Below are positions 1 through 9,934 of a DNA stretch of 27,492 bases, in pieces. The stretch's first letter is position 1. The number at the start of each line of letters is the position of its first letter. The stretch covers positions 1 to 27,492 of IMG/VR virus record IMGVR_UViG_3300040985_000755, one strand, 5' to 3'. Both the position numbers and the translations under genes were made by a program. Source of the DNA: a virus. Lineage: Duplodnaviria; Caudoviricetes. Under the pieces are notes generated by a model, which did not search any database, was not told where the DNA came from, and worked only from the letters and a program-made list of their open reading frames with translations.

Positions 1-1418
1 ACTTGTACAGATAAGAATGTATCGAAGTCTGGTGCAGCTCTATAGACATAACTCTGTAACTGACCATTCAATACAGGGTCGCCTATGTCTAAACTAGCTG
101 TGAATACCGCTAAAGCATCGTTGATAACAGACTGCTCTTGTGTGGTAAGGTCTGCATTGTTTTTAGTTGTATAAGTTATACGTGTAGAAAGCTTCTGATT
201 AGTGGCTGGTGTGTAACAAACTATAGTGGCATCACTCTGAGAAGACAACACTGTACCGCATACACTACCAGAGGCTCTTACGTTTATAGGTTTCTTATCG
301 AATAGCGTTTGGAATATCTCATTAGAATCGCCACCAAAGATAACAGAGTTGAAACTATAACTCTCTGCTTCAGGTGTATCTGTATCAGTAGTGTTCTCAT
401 AGATTCTTACTTTAGAGACTCCATCTAATTGTAGTAATGCACCCTCTACAGCATTCCTAGTAGAACTACTTGTGAGGTCAATTATTTGTGTATACCTGAA
501 ACGATACTCAGCATCAGTTTCTACATCACTACCTGAAGTCATCTGTTCCGTATTAACTATCTCGCGATAACCTACGGGTACTGGACTCAACCCTGTAACG
601 CTGTAAGCTGGTACTGTAACTAATCCGCTATCAGTAGCCTCTACAGACAATCTAGTTATACGACTACCTAATGATTTATACACTGCTAGGTTTATCGTAG
701 GAGTCTTTATGAATAGCACACTACCAGTTAAAGGGGATAACACTAAGTTAGTATCATAACCTAAGTAGACAGCACCCGTATCAGGAGAGCCTGCTATAGT
801 TTCTAACTGTATCTTATCCGATAAACTAGGATGACAACCAGCTAGGAAGTTATAAATAGGTACTACCACTTCAGTATACTTCTCAGCTTCATTCGTAGCA
901 GTAACACTGATAGATGCAGACGTACCACTTACTTCAGAAATACACGTTATGTTATACACTTCATTAAGTATTACATCATCTGTACTTACTACAGCACCAT
1001 ACACATTGTCTGTAATAGCTGTATCTACTACAGGATTGTACTTTATATTCACTTTTGTAGTGACAATGGATGTAGCAGGGACGTTAGTATTTACTGGAGC
1101 AGTACCATCCGTAGTTAGGTATGCAAAACCCGTACTAGGTTGCTTAGGTTGTCTGTATACACCTTGAGAAGAGAATACATCATCAAGATATACACCCTCA
1201 GCACCATCTACAGTTTGAGCATTATACACACCTTCCAACCCTTCCCAGATATCTGCCACTTGTTCTGCATTGATAGCTATGTACTGGTAGATTAATGAAT
1301 CATTATCTAAGTTTACATCATTACCGTACTTATCCTTTGCAGACTCTTTCATGTCATTAACGATAGGTATAAATTGCTTCTTAACAAAGCCGTAAGGTGT
1401 TACACCATAGTCAGCCAT
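1..1418 (-). CDS. Baseplate J-like wedge protein, 3'-truncated by the window edge
   Basis: Not in the ORF track because its stop lies outside the window. ATG at 1416-1418 gives MADYGVTPYGFVKKQF...; contains 'GAEGVYLDD...GVYR' and 'GSDVETDAEYRFRY' motifs typical of baseplate J; the frame is the same at both ends; it follows the spike and wedge genes. Confidence 0.88.
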   Translation of the reverse strand, partial: MADYGVTPYGFVKKQFIPIVNDMKESAKDKYGNDVNLDNDSLIYQYIAINAEQVADIWEGLEGVYNAQTVDGAEGVYLDDVFSSQGVYRQPKQPSTGFAYLTTDGTAPVNTNVPATSIVTTKVNIKYNPVVDTAITDNVYGAVVSTDDVILNEVYNITCISEVSGTSASISVTATNEAEKYTEVVVPIYNFLAGCHPSLSDKIQLETIAGSPDTGAVYLGYDTNLVLSPLTGSVLFIKTPTINLAVYKSLGSRITRLSVEATDSGLVTVPAYSVTGLSPVPVGYREIVNTEQMTSGSDVETDAEYRFRYTQIIDLTSSSTRNAVEGALLQLDGVSKVRIYENTTDTDTPEAESYSFNSVIFGGDSNEIFQTLFDKKPINVRASGSVCGTVLSSQSDATIVCYTPATNQKLSTRITYTTKNNADLTTQEQSVINDALAVFTASLDIGDPVLNGQLQSYVYRAAPDFDTFLSVQ

Positions 1419-1439
1419 TATATAATCTCTCTTATTTGT

Positions 1440-2081
1440 TTACGGGTTAGGTGTAACATCATTAGTATTACCTGCTTCCATATTATCATCGCCAGAATCT
1501 GTATTAGGTTCACCAGCTTCAGTACTATAACCATAAGGTATGTTAGGTACGTCTCCATCATCATCTGTGAAGTATACACCAGCCTGAACTCTATCATCAT
1601 CTTCAGCTGCATGAGCTAACCAATTACCAGACTCAACCACGTAAGGTATATTCGTAGGGCACAAGTCTTCAAAGTCTACTGGTATAGGCTCTGGGTAAAG
1701 CTCTTCTTCACTAGGAAGTGGTGTATCGTAGCTAACATTACTACCATCTATAGCGGTAACTTCAAACTTGATATCGAAGTCTCTAGCACCTCTATCGAAT
1801 GTGGACTGAAAGAAGTCTATAGATTGTATCTCACTGTTATACTCTGCTATAATAGACAAGAAGATAGCATCTATCTCGGGTTGCGTTCTAGGTCTGCCTA
1901 GTATAGCTTGACGATAAGGAGTACCATAAGTGGTGTCCATGAACCATTCATTCTGCCACATCTTAAGTGTAATACTAAGTTTCTGTCTCAAACTCTCAGC
2001 TAAGTTCTGTGTAGTTGTGAAATCCCCGTCTTTCATAACAAGGTCATTCGTATGTGGGTCTAAGAATAAATCAAAAGACAT
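1440..2081 (-). CDS. Baseplate wedge / sheath-initiator-like protein (gp25/DUF2634-like) with acidic C-terminal extension
   Basis: N-terminal 'DL..D..TNDL..KDGD...LRQKL.I.L..WQNEWF.D..YG.PY' pattern; lies between the spike and baseplate J genes. Confidence 0.7.
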   Translation of the reverse strand: MSFDLFLDPHTNDLVMKDGDFTTTQNLAESLRQKLSITLKMWQNEWFMDTTYGTPYRQAILGRPRTQPEIDAIFLSIIAEYNSEIQSIDFFQSTFDRGARDFDIKFEVTAIDGSNVSYDTPLPSEEELYPEPIPVDFEDLCPTNIPYVVESGNWLAHAAEDDDRVQAGVYFTDDDGDVPNIPYGYSTEAGEPNTDSGDDNMEAGNTNDVTPNP

Positions 2082-2094
2082 AGGTTATTCCTTG

Positions 2095-3024
2095 TTAGAT
2101 TTGAGGGTTAGCTGGACCACTAGGGTTACCTGCATCAGATGAAATATGATTGTGTGAGTTGTACTTAGCTTTGATATCGTCCATGTCAGCTCCAGCAGTT
2201 GTACCCATAGAACTACCTGTAATAGCAGCACCAGTTATAGCAGCCGCTGTAGTAGCTCCTCCTACGTTTAAAGTACCAGTCACTGTAACATTACCTTCTA
2301 GGGTAATTGTAGCTGCTGTGACCTTTGCAGAAGCTCCTGTAGCCTCTATATTGCCACTAGCCGTAGCGGTGATGTTAGCACTTGAGGTGGCTGTTATATC
2401 ACCACTAGCCTGTACATCAACCTTACCAGAAGTCACTACTGAGGTATCCCCTCCAGCTTTAATCTCTACAGTACAATCACCATTAGTAATAGTTATATCA
2501 CCAGAGTTCAGATACTCAACCTTTACAGTCTCATTCTCTGTGGTATAATCCCCATCTGGGGTCATCGTAGTAATTACTTTGTCGTTCTGCAATACCACAT
2601 TATCAGGATCAACCTCTATAGGTTTAGCTTCAGTGTAACTACAAGGTATCGCCACTATAGGGTACTCTCCCATCACTCTAAGAGCTTCTGAGTCATACAC
2701 CTTAGACATATCACCTGCTAGGTATTGCTCTGTGTCACGTTGACTGTAGAGAAGAGTAACTGTATCACCAACCTTTACAGGCATAGTTATCTTAGCAAGT
2801 CCAGCATTAGCAGAGTAAACCATTAAGGGTATTTCTAAGTATTCAGCAAACTCTATAGTGCTGCCATCAGAACGTCTAGTATTTATAGTTGGTTCTACAT
2901 TGACCAGCCCTACAGAGAGTTTATCTACTGCTGTTATCTTAGCAGGTATACACGAGTAAAGCTCTAAGAATTTAGACTCTATAAACTCATGCAATATTTG
3001 TACTTCATCTAAATTAGTTGCCAT
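2095..3024 (-). CDS. Baseplate central spike (gp138/gpV-like)
   Basis: N-terminal OB-fold-like 'IPAKI...VNVEP...ITMPVKVGDTV.L', beta-helix-like repeats, and a C-terminal metal-binding HxH motif (YNSHNH). Confidence 0.88.
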   Translation of the reverse strand: MATNLDEVQILHEFIESKFLELYSCIPAKITAVDKLSVGLVNVEPTINTRRSDGSTIEFAEYLEIPLMVYSANAGLAKITMPVKVGDTVTLLYSQRDTEQYLAGDMSKVYDSEALRVMGEYPIVAIPCSYTEAKPIEVDPDNVVLQNDKVITTMTPDGDYTTENETVKVEYLNSGDITITNGDCTVEIKAGGDTSVVTSGKVDVQASGDITATSSANITATASGNIEATGASAKVTAATITLEGNVTVTGTLNVGGATTAAAITGAAITGSSMGTTAGADMDDIKAKYNSHNHISSDAGNPSGPANPQI

Positions 3025-3974
3025 TATCTAGGTTGCCTTATTTCTCGGTAAGGGGTATTTAAGTTGTAAGACTGTATAGTGTAATCTGTAGGTTTGCATG
3101 TAACTTCAGAGAACCAAGTACCGCCTTCATAATCACCCATATGTTGTACACTCTCAACTTTATACACACCGTTGACACCTTCAGATTTAATATCTACAAA
3201 GTTCTCTGGACGTATATTACCATCTAACAACACTTTAACTTTAACACCCACTTTAGAGGATGTACCGTCTTTGGCTAGATTAGTAGATTGACCTCCAACA
3301 GAAGGACTACCTACCATACCGTTCTCAGCATTAATTTCTATAACATCTACTGAGGTACCAGCATTAGAAGGAACAAGAGTAGCTATACCATCTTGTATTG
3401 AATAGTTTAGTCCGAATGTATCGGCTATAGTAGTGAGGGCTTTATGAGATGAACCTGAAAAGGATTTAGGTGATTGGATTTCTTTATTAAGTTGATATAT
3501 AGGACCAGCAGCCAAGCCGCTATCACCTATTAAGTCTCTAACGATAGTATCTACAGAAGTACCTTTAGGGTATGTACGCTTAGTGGAGAACTCCCTAATG
3601 TTACTACCACCATCACTTAGTGTAAGTTTTAGTCTATGTGTAACACCATCGTCTTGCTCTTGTACGTTCTCGACGACACCTTTAAAGATTTCTGGTAAGG
3701 TTTGGTCTGATTCGAATCCAGCTTTGAAAGCAATTATTGAACGTTGCCCTTGTGCTTGTTTCAACTGACCTAGCATCTCTTTAGGTGCATTCATAACAGT
3801 TATCGTGCTATGGTTAGCCGTAGAAGAGTTGTTCTTACCAATCTTGAAGACTATCTGGTTATCCTTTAAAGTGAAGTTACTTGTGATAGTAAATAGTTGG
3901 TCGGTATTACCAACGTTAACCTCTAAAGGTACACCTATAATTAATTCATATTTAGCACCAAAAGTAGGCATCAT
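3024..3974 (-). CDS. Baseplate hub protein (gp27/gpD-like)
   Basis: 316 aa directly upstream of the spike; motifs 'YSIQDG', 'GMVGSP' and 'GVYKVESVQHMGD...W.SEV.C'. Confidence 0.8.
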   Translation of the reverse strand: MMPTFGAKYELIIGVPLEVNVGNTDQLFTITSNFTLKDNQIVFKIGKNNSSTANHSTITVMNAPKEMLGQLKQAQGQRSIIAFKAGFESDQTLPEIFKGVVENVQEQDDGVTHRLKLTLSDGGSNIREFSTKRTYPKGTSVDTIVRDLIGDSGLAAGPIYQLNKEIQSPKSFSGSSHKALTTIADTFGLNYSIQDGIATLVPSNAGTSVDVIEINAENGMVGSPSVGGQSTNLAKDGTSSKVGVKVKVLLDGNIRPENFVDIKSEGVNGVYKVESVQHMGDYEGGTWFSEVTCKPTDYTIQSYNLNTPYREIRQPR

Positions 3975-3979
3975 ATCTC

Positions 3980-4321
3980 CTATGTGTCAAGTAAGGCGGT
4001 ATCTGAAGTGATGTAGAGTAGTTCGAAACGTTTATCTATCCCGAAGTTATCTCTACCGATCCTACCATATATACGTTCATTATCAACAACACCTAAGAAA
4101 CCTTTGGGGCATTCATCATAAGCTTTGTAAGGTAGGAAAAGGTCTAAGCCGTTTACTATTTTAAACTTAAACTTCCAACCTTCACCGCTGATACCCCAAA
4201 AAGCATTCCAAGCTTGGTCTCTAGTATTCCATTGAAGACGTACATCATAAGCAATACCTTCTAGTACAATCGTTTGTGTGTTATCCGCTGTAAGGGATAT
4301 TGGTAAAGAGAATATACTCAT
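3980..4321 (-). CDS. Small baseplate/virion structural protein
   Basis: 113 aa with 'Q.I.LEG..Y.V.L.WNTRD..W' pattern, at the usual position between the tube initiator and the hub. Confidence 0.65.
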   Translation of the reverse strand: MSIFSLPISLTADNTQTIVLEGIAYDVRLQWNTRDQAWNAFWGISGEGWKFKFKIVNGLDLFLPYKAYDECPKGFLGVVDNERIYGRIGRDNFGIDKRFELLYITSDTALLDT

Positions 4322-4322
4322 G

Positions 4323-5021
4323 TTAATTTCCTAGTACGGCTGGGTCTGTATCTACAGCAGCTTTAGAGTAAGTGTTTACAGTCCTACATACCCCTTCAAA
4401 GAACGTACCTTTACAGTTTGCCTCTACCTCAGATTTATCTTTCTTCTCTTGAGTACTTAGTTTACTGTTTTCATCAGCAGGGTCTTCTAAGGGTTTAACT
4501 ACATTAGCACTAACTGCATTAGTCACTGTTGTAAATCGAGGCTGCTCAAACACTAATTCAAAAGACATCAGATTACCTGTATCTTTATTCTCTGTAACGT
4601 TAAAACTTTTGATTAGACAATCTTTATAGGTCTTGTACCCTGTAACAATATCTAAATACTTAAGCGTATCACGAGCATCCTCAATCAGGTTAAAAGCTTC
4701 TGAAGGTCTATCTATACCAGTTACTGCTGGTTGAGTACCACCTTCTTCAGCTGTAGCATCACCTATCTCTACGTTACCGATAATATCAGGAGTACTGTTC
4801 TCAAACAAAACACTTGGTAGATGTATATTAGAGAAAGCACCTTTTACAGTGACTACATTATTACGTACAACTGCATTGTAAGCACCATCAGGAGACTTCT
4901 CTATAGGGTACTTGGAGATAGAATTCTCCATACTGTGTTCTACTTGCACTGTCACCGATGGTATAATGGCAGTTTCTGTCAAGTCCCTACCGCCACCAGC
5001 TAAGAATATTAAATCTGCCAT
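4323..5021 (-). CDS. Tail tube initiator / Dit-like baseplate protein
   Basis: Immediately after the tape measure; 'EH...N.IS.YPIE', 'IVTG.K.Y.D.LI.S' and 'F.L.FEQ' patterns. Confidence 0.7.
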   Translation of the reverse strand: MADLIFLAGGGRDLTETAIIPSVTVQVEHSMENSISKYPIEKSPDGAYNAVVRNNVVTVKGAFSNIHLPSVLFENSTPDIIGNVEIGDATAEEGGTQPAVTGIDRPSEAFNLIEDARDTLKYLDIVTGYKTYKDCLIKSFNVTENKDTGNLMSFELVFEQPRFTTVTNAVSANVVKPLEDPADENSKLSTQEKKDKSEVEANCKGTFFEGVCRTVNTYSKAAVDTDPAVLGN

Positions 5022-5026
5022 TGTTA

Positions 5027-7174
5027 TTACCTACCTGTGTTGTTCTTTATATTAAGCCAAGGAGAACTACTTGTGGCAGTAGCCTCTAGTGCATCACTCA
5101 TAGACTCTACACGTATTACAACTTCCCCGCTTTGGTTAATCTCCGTTACAGGACCTAAACCACCACCTAACTTACCTCTAGCTGAACCTTGTGTTAAGAT
5201 ATTAGCTCTTTGCGCTTGTGATAACTTAGTAGGTGTTGGTGTCTCTCCAGAACGACCTCCAAATAGTTGATGCTCAGCCCATTCTGGTAGTAACCCTTTA
5301 AGGTATGTTCCAAGCTCGCCTGCTTTCTTGATCATACCATCTATCATATCATCCCAGCCAGTCGTAACCTTATCTGGTATTTGTATGATAAAATTAAAGA
5401 GAGTCTTAAGCATATCCAGTGTAACTTTTAAGAACACTATCATACCCTTTAACCCTTTAGACATAGCCTCAAAAGGGTCAATACCTAGATTCTCTTTAAA
5501 GAAAGCTCTAATCTCTTCTCTGAAGATCACCACTGCTGCGGCTGCGGCTGCTACAGCTACCACCACTGCAATGACAGGGCTTAATAATATTGAGAAACCA
5601 CCAACCACTAAAGTCAATGTTTTAAATAGTACACCCAGACCTACTATAAGACCTAGAGCGGTACCTCCCATAGAGATTAGTTGTTTCTCACTTTGAGATA
5701 AATCCATGAAGTCTTTACCAAACTTCCACCTAGTGGCAGCGTTGGCTAAATCTATTATTGCTGCTACTAGTAAGGCTATCGGAGCTGTAACACCTATAAT
5801 GATACCTTTCATAGTACCACCTAAGAATGTAGCTAGAGGTTCTGCTAGACGTAACACATCTGCCAACCCATTAGCCATATCTTTCAAACCTTCACCAAGA
5901 CCACCTTTAAAGATAGCAGTCTTCATGTCAGTGAGACTGTTATTGAATCTATTAAATGCTACCTGTTTAGATAGTTCAGCTGCAGTCTTAAACCCTTTAT
6001 TGAGTTCTTTCAAGGCAGACATAAACTTAGGAATAAATTCTTCAGCAGTTAGTTGACCAGTAGAGACAAACTTAAGTAAGTCTTTAGTAGTCATCTGCAT
6101 ACCTTTAGCAGCTATCTGAACAGCACCAAACATACGGTCACCTAACTGAGAGTTAAGTTCTTCTGCTGATACTTTAGCTTTAGATATAATCTGTGAGAAT
6201 GCTCTGAATACACCATTCGTATCATCGGCTGTCATACCTAGAATAGCTGATTGTTTACTTACCTCGGAGAAGATATCATGTACGTCTTCACCTTCTAGTT
6301 TAGTACCTTTAGCAGAAGCCGTTAATTGTTTGAAACCTTTAGCTGCAGCAATCATATCTACACCAGTTTCATTAACAACACTCTTGAAGAACTTATACTC
6401 TTCAGCAGCCTTCTCAGTAGTACCTGTAATACTTATCAGGGCAACTTCTAAGCCTTCTATTTGAAGACCCGTCTTAACGATATCTCTACCAGCTGCAAAC
6501 AACGTCATGGACGCTGTAGTGGCTACTATATAGGTTCTAAGTCTACGCATACTCTCACCGAAGCCGTTAGCGTTAACTCTACCTCGTCTTAACTCAGCAG
6601 TTACTCGTCTAAGTTCATGCCTATATTCAGCAGCACTTCTACCAGAGTCTCTGAAATCTCTACCTAGAGAGCGTATACTTCTACCGTTAGCTCTAGCGTT
6701 GATATCTAAACCACGAGATGCTGCTAGTGATTCTGAACGGTCTATTGTAGTGTTTAGACGGTTATTGTTTCTTACTCCAGGAGGTACATTAGGTCCCATA
6801 CCACCAGAGCCTCTACTACCACCTCTACCGCCAGAACCACCACCACCACCACCTGAAGGTCTAGTACTACCAACCACATCCTTAATCTTACGAGCCAACA
6901 GTAAAGACTTACGTTGACGTTGTATGATAGCATTATAAGAGCTAACTTGCCTATCTAAAGCCTTTACAGTTTGATTCTGGGCAGTGAGAGTACTTTGAGC
7001 GTTCTTCTTAGTTTGCTCTGTGAATCCAGTAACAGAAGCCGTGATATTAGGCATCCGTATCTTCTTAAAGCTACTAAGTAATTTCTTAAAAGCATTAAGC
7101 TTCTTGTTAGCATCTTTAGTATGAACAACAGTGTTTATCTGAAGGTTACTAACGTTTTGCGTTGTTTGTGCCAT
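5027..7174 (-). CDS. Tail tape measure protein
   Basis: 715 aa, Ala/Gly/Lys-rich and helical; tape-measure domain motif 'AFSQIISKAKVSAEELNSQLGDR'; hydrophobic central segments; follows the tail chaperone. Confidence 0.93.
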   Translation of the reverse strand: MAQTTQNVSNLQINTVVHTKDANKKLNAFKKLLSSFKKIRMPNITASVTGFTEQTKKNAQSTLTAQNQTVKALDRQVSSYNAIIQRQRKSLLLARKIKDVVGSTRPSGGGGGGSGGRGGSRGSGGMGPNVPPGVRNNNRLNTTIDRSESLAASRGLDINARANGRSIRSLGRDFRDSGRSAAEYRHELRRVTAELRRGRVNANGFGESMRRLRTYIVATTASMTLFAAGRDIVKTGLQIEGLEVALISITGTTEKAAEEYKFFKSVVNETGVDMIAAAKGFKQLTASAKGTKLEGEDVHDIFSEVSKQSAILGMTADDTNGVFRAFSQIISKAKVSAEELNSQLGDRMFGAVQIAAKGMQMTTKDLLKFVSTGQLTAEEFIPKFMSALKELNKGFKTAAELSKQVAFNRFNNSLTDMKTAIFKGGLGEGLKDMANGLADVLRLAEPLATFLGGTMKGIIIGVTAPIALLVAAIIDLANAATRWKFGKDFMDLSQSEKQLISMGGTALGLIVGLGVLFKTLTLVVGGFSILLSPVIAVVVAVAAAAAAVVIFREEIRAFFKENLGIDPFEAMSKGLKGMIVFLKVTLDMLKTLFNFIIQIPDKVTTGWDDMIDGMIKKAGELGTYLKGLLPEWAEHQLFGGRSGETPTPTKLSQAQRANILTQGSARGKLGGGLGPVTEINQSGEVVIRVESMSDALEATATSSSPWLNIKNNTGR

Positions 7175-7189
7175 GTTAATATCTCTTAG

Positions 7190-7860
7190 TTATTTTTGTT
7201 TCCTCTGCTCGGATTCTTGAATAGCTTGTTGTTCTTCTTCAATAGCATCATATATCTCAAACTGTTCCACATAACGCATCAAGTCTTCTAAGTCACAATC
7301 ATGGTATAGATTTGCATGTGTGATTGCTCCATTGTTTCTATCATGGAACAATACATAATTACACAAGAAGTCTATAGGTCTAAGAGATGTAGTCTTATCA
7401 ATTGTCTTTATAAGCCTTGCAAGGCGTTCATGCCTCCCGCCATCTCTGTGAAGCTTGTTAAACCCTTTTTTCCGAGCATACTACCATAACGTACTTTGAA
7501 TACAGCAGCACATAACTCTAGGATTTCACCTAAGTCATCTTCACCGATTTCTGCATTATAGAAGTCTTTATTAATATCTACTTGTTGATTTGTCTTTAGA
7601 GATGATACACCATCGAGTAATCTATTGATAAATACTTCTGGTGATGTTTCTTCTAAATTGTGGCACAAGATAAGTAATGCTTCTGGTAGGGCTTCTTCAA
7701 TTGAGCCTTCACCTTTTGACATTAACTGTGCAATGGGGAGTCCGATAGTCTTACCGAAGTATGGTAGGTTATTCATCGACTTGATAACGTTCCAGCGATC
7801 TACGATGAATGTATTCTTTGAAGTTCTTACTTGTTTTTGTTTCGTATCAATCTTATTCAT
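7190..7860 (-). CDS. Tail assembly chaperone, -1 frameshift product (G-T-like, about 223 aa)
   Basis: In-phase A AAA AAG at 7465-7471. The -1 frame is open from there (KGFNKLHRDGGRHERLARLIK...EQRKQK) to TAA at 7190-7192, filling the gap up to the tape measure gene. Confidence 0.82.
7408..7860 (-). CDS. Tail assembly chaperone (G-like, zero-frame product)
   Basis: 150 aa between the tube and tape measure genes; SD AGGA; slippery site near the 3' end. Confidence 0.85.
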   Translation of the reverse strand: MNKIDTKQKQVRTSKNTFIVDRWNVIKSMNNLPYFGKTIGLPIAQLMSKGEGSIEEALPEALLILCHNLEETSPEVFINRLLDGVSSLKTNQQVDINKDFYNAEIGEDDLGEILELCAAVFKVRYGSMLGKKGLTSFTEMAGGMNALQGL

Positions 7861-7940
7861 TTGTCGTGTATTCCTATATTGTTATATCGTTGTGTGTAGT
7901 ACCTCTATGTGTTATCCTCTTTATCTTATCCTAAAGTATA

Positions 7941-7965
7941 AAGAAAAAGGCACTATCCTTGTGCC
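7941..7965 (-). terminator. Intrinsic terminator downstream of the tail tube gene
   Basis: Minus strand GGCAC-AAGGATA-GTGCC followed by TTTTTCTT. Confidence 0.7.
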
Positions 7966-8045
7966 ACACGACAACTTTTACTTAAGCTATTTCTAACTTA
8001 TTTAAACTATTAGGTTCTATTGAAAGAACCTTTTAGGAGGCTTCT

Positions 8046-8519
8046 TTAAAAGAAACCTGCTACGTCTGTAGCTTGGTCTACTGAGTCTACGATACCAGAT
8101 AAACCAGATGAGGCATCAGCGATACCAAGTACCCACTCATAGACTCCTGGCTCACTACCATAACCCATCGAAGGTTGTGATTGAATCCAGCATACGCCAG
8201 CTTTCAAACTTGAAGCGCCACCATTACGTAAACACGTATAAGGTACAATACCTCGAATAGCACCAGTCTTGATACCAGCCATGATACCCCACAAGAACTC
8301 ATTAGAAACAGAAGTCTCTTGTAAGCGTAATGTGATAGTACCAGTTGTATCTAAGTTGGTAGCTAAAGTGAATTCACCATTAGTACCTACTAGTTTGTTC
8401 ATTACATCGTTATCACGTTCGATATTGATTTTATCATCATCAGCATAACCCTTTACAGAGTGACCAGAAATGATAAATTGATCTCTTGATGGATCAATGT
8501 GACCTAAAAAATCAGCCAT
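8046..8519 (-). CDS. Tail tube protein (DUF3277-like)
   Basis: 157 aa following the sheath; 'G...GYADD..I.IER...VG..GE.....D..GTITL.LQETS.SN' pattern. Confidence 0.88.
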   Translation of the reverse strand: MADFLGHIDPSRDQFIISGHSVKGYADDDKINIERDNDVMNKLVGTNGEFTLATNLDTTGTITLRLQETSVSNEFLWGIMAGIKTGAIRGIVPYTCLRNGGASSLKAGVCWIQSQPSMGYGSEPGVYEWVLGIADASSGLSGIVDSVDQATDVAGFF

Positions 8520-8546
8520 TAGTATTTCCTTTATATTATAAGGTTA

Positions 8547-9911
8547 TTAGACAGTGATGATACCAGAGATATCAATTGTGGCGATTGCACCAGTAGTTTG
8601 TACTACTAAGTTCACTCCTGATAGATAACGGTTAGCTTTATCGTTAGTTGGTACATCCGCAGCTTTAGGTACTGTTAAGTCGTAACCTATACCATCATTG
8701 TAATTACCATCAAGTACACCACCAGCAATACCTTGGTTAGCCACTTCAGCGATGCGGTCATAGACCATCTGAATACCATCATCAGTGTAAGGCACTTTTG
8801 AGCCAGAATTCGCCTTAGATTTAACTAATTGGTATACGTTCTCTTGGATACGAGCTTTAAGCCAACGACCTAAATCTACGTTATCAATGAACTCACCTGA
8901 GTAAGATTTACCATCACGAGTGTAACCAAAGCCACCTACAAGTTCATACGTGTTAGCGTTCTTACCACGAACAATTGAACTTTCAGAGTTAGTTAATGTA
9001 GAGTTCTTATCTACAGCAACACTGTATTGTGTTTGACCATGTAGTGTAGTCTGTCCAGGAATCTGTACAGTAGCTAACGGACGAAGCATAGCCATTTCAG
9101 GGTACTTAGCTGCATCAGCAGACCAACCACCAATAGTGTATAATGATAAATCACCATAGCCATCATCTAATGTAGAAGTACTATCAGCAAGTTTACCGTT
9201 AGGGTCATCTGTTACATGAGCAAAGATTTCAGTAGTAGATTCTGCATGGTCACGAGCTGCTTCAACGTCTGCTGCTACACGACTCTCGATACCAAAGTAA
9301 GCCCACTCCGCATCTTCACCTTTCATAGCTGCAAAGGTATTAGCCATAGTTTCATACCCAGCGGTAGTAGCTGTACTAGGGTTTAAGTTAGCAGATACAT
9401 TCTTAACAGAGTAAGCACTTGAAGCAATACTTGTTAGAGCTAACTCATCAGTTACATTAGCTAAAGTAACTACAGCAGTTAATTCTACTGAAGCATTAGC
9501 TACAAAGTCTGCAACTAAACCGTCTACAATCTCAGCAGCTGTAGCAGTTGCATCAGAGGTGAATGTAAATGATTCATAAGCTTCTTGCGGAGCAGCAAGC
9601 TCTAAAGTATAAACTGTCAAGTCTTCTACGGTAGGTGTGTATGTAATATCTTCAAACTCTCTACGACCAACCATCATAATCTTAGGCTTATTAGGGCCAC
9701 TTGACAATGTTTGGATAGCGATGTATGATGGGTCTGTAGCAAGGAAACCGTCACCTAGCATATCACTAGCACGATTGTATACTCTCCAGCGTTCATTAAA
9801 TACTTTATGCTCACCTACGAACATAACTGTATCAAATCCAGCTTGAGGGATTGGAGCGGTGTCTAACGTAATCGTTACATTAGCTACCTGATTAATATCA
9901 ACAACAGCCAC
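8547..9911 (-). CDS. Tail sheath protein (DUF3383-like)
   Basis: 454 aa, GTG start with SD AAGGAGG; C-terminal 'GEFID...WLKARIQE...KVPYTDDGI...GAI' sheath motifs. Confidence 0.92.
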   Translation of the reverse strand: MAVVDINQVANVTITLDTAPIPQAGFDTVMFVGEHKVFNERWRVYNRASDMLGDGFLATDPSYIAIQTLSSGPNKPKIMMVGRREFEDITYTPTVEDLTVYTLELAAPQEAYESFTFTSDATATAAEIVDGLVADFVANASVELTAVVTLANVTDELALTSIASSAYSVKNVSANLNPSTATTAGYETMANTFAAMKGEDAEWAYFGIESRVAADVEAARDHAESTTEIFAHVTDDPNGKLADSTSTLDDGYGDLSLYTIGGWSADAAKYPEMAMLRPLATVQIPGQTTLHGQTQYSVAVDKNSTLTNSESSIVRGKNANTYELVGGFGYTRDGKSYSGEFIDNVDLGRWLKARIQENVYQLVKSKANSGSKVPYTDDGIQMVYDRIAEVANQGIAGGVLDGNYNDGIGYDLTVPKAADVPTNDKANRYLSGVNLVVQTTGAIATIDISGIITV

Positions 9912-9934
9912 TAGCGGCCTCCTTTAATGTTGTG

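Noticed and set aside
1418-1612. 64-aa minus-strand ORF overlapping the wedge gene
   Set aside because: Alternative frame within the acidic tail of 1440-2081, with no convincing SD and a composition typical of an off-frame read.
6790-6860. Gly-rich (GGT)n stretch in the tape measure gene
   Set aside because: Low-complexity linker common in tape measure proteins; no sign of a separate element.
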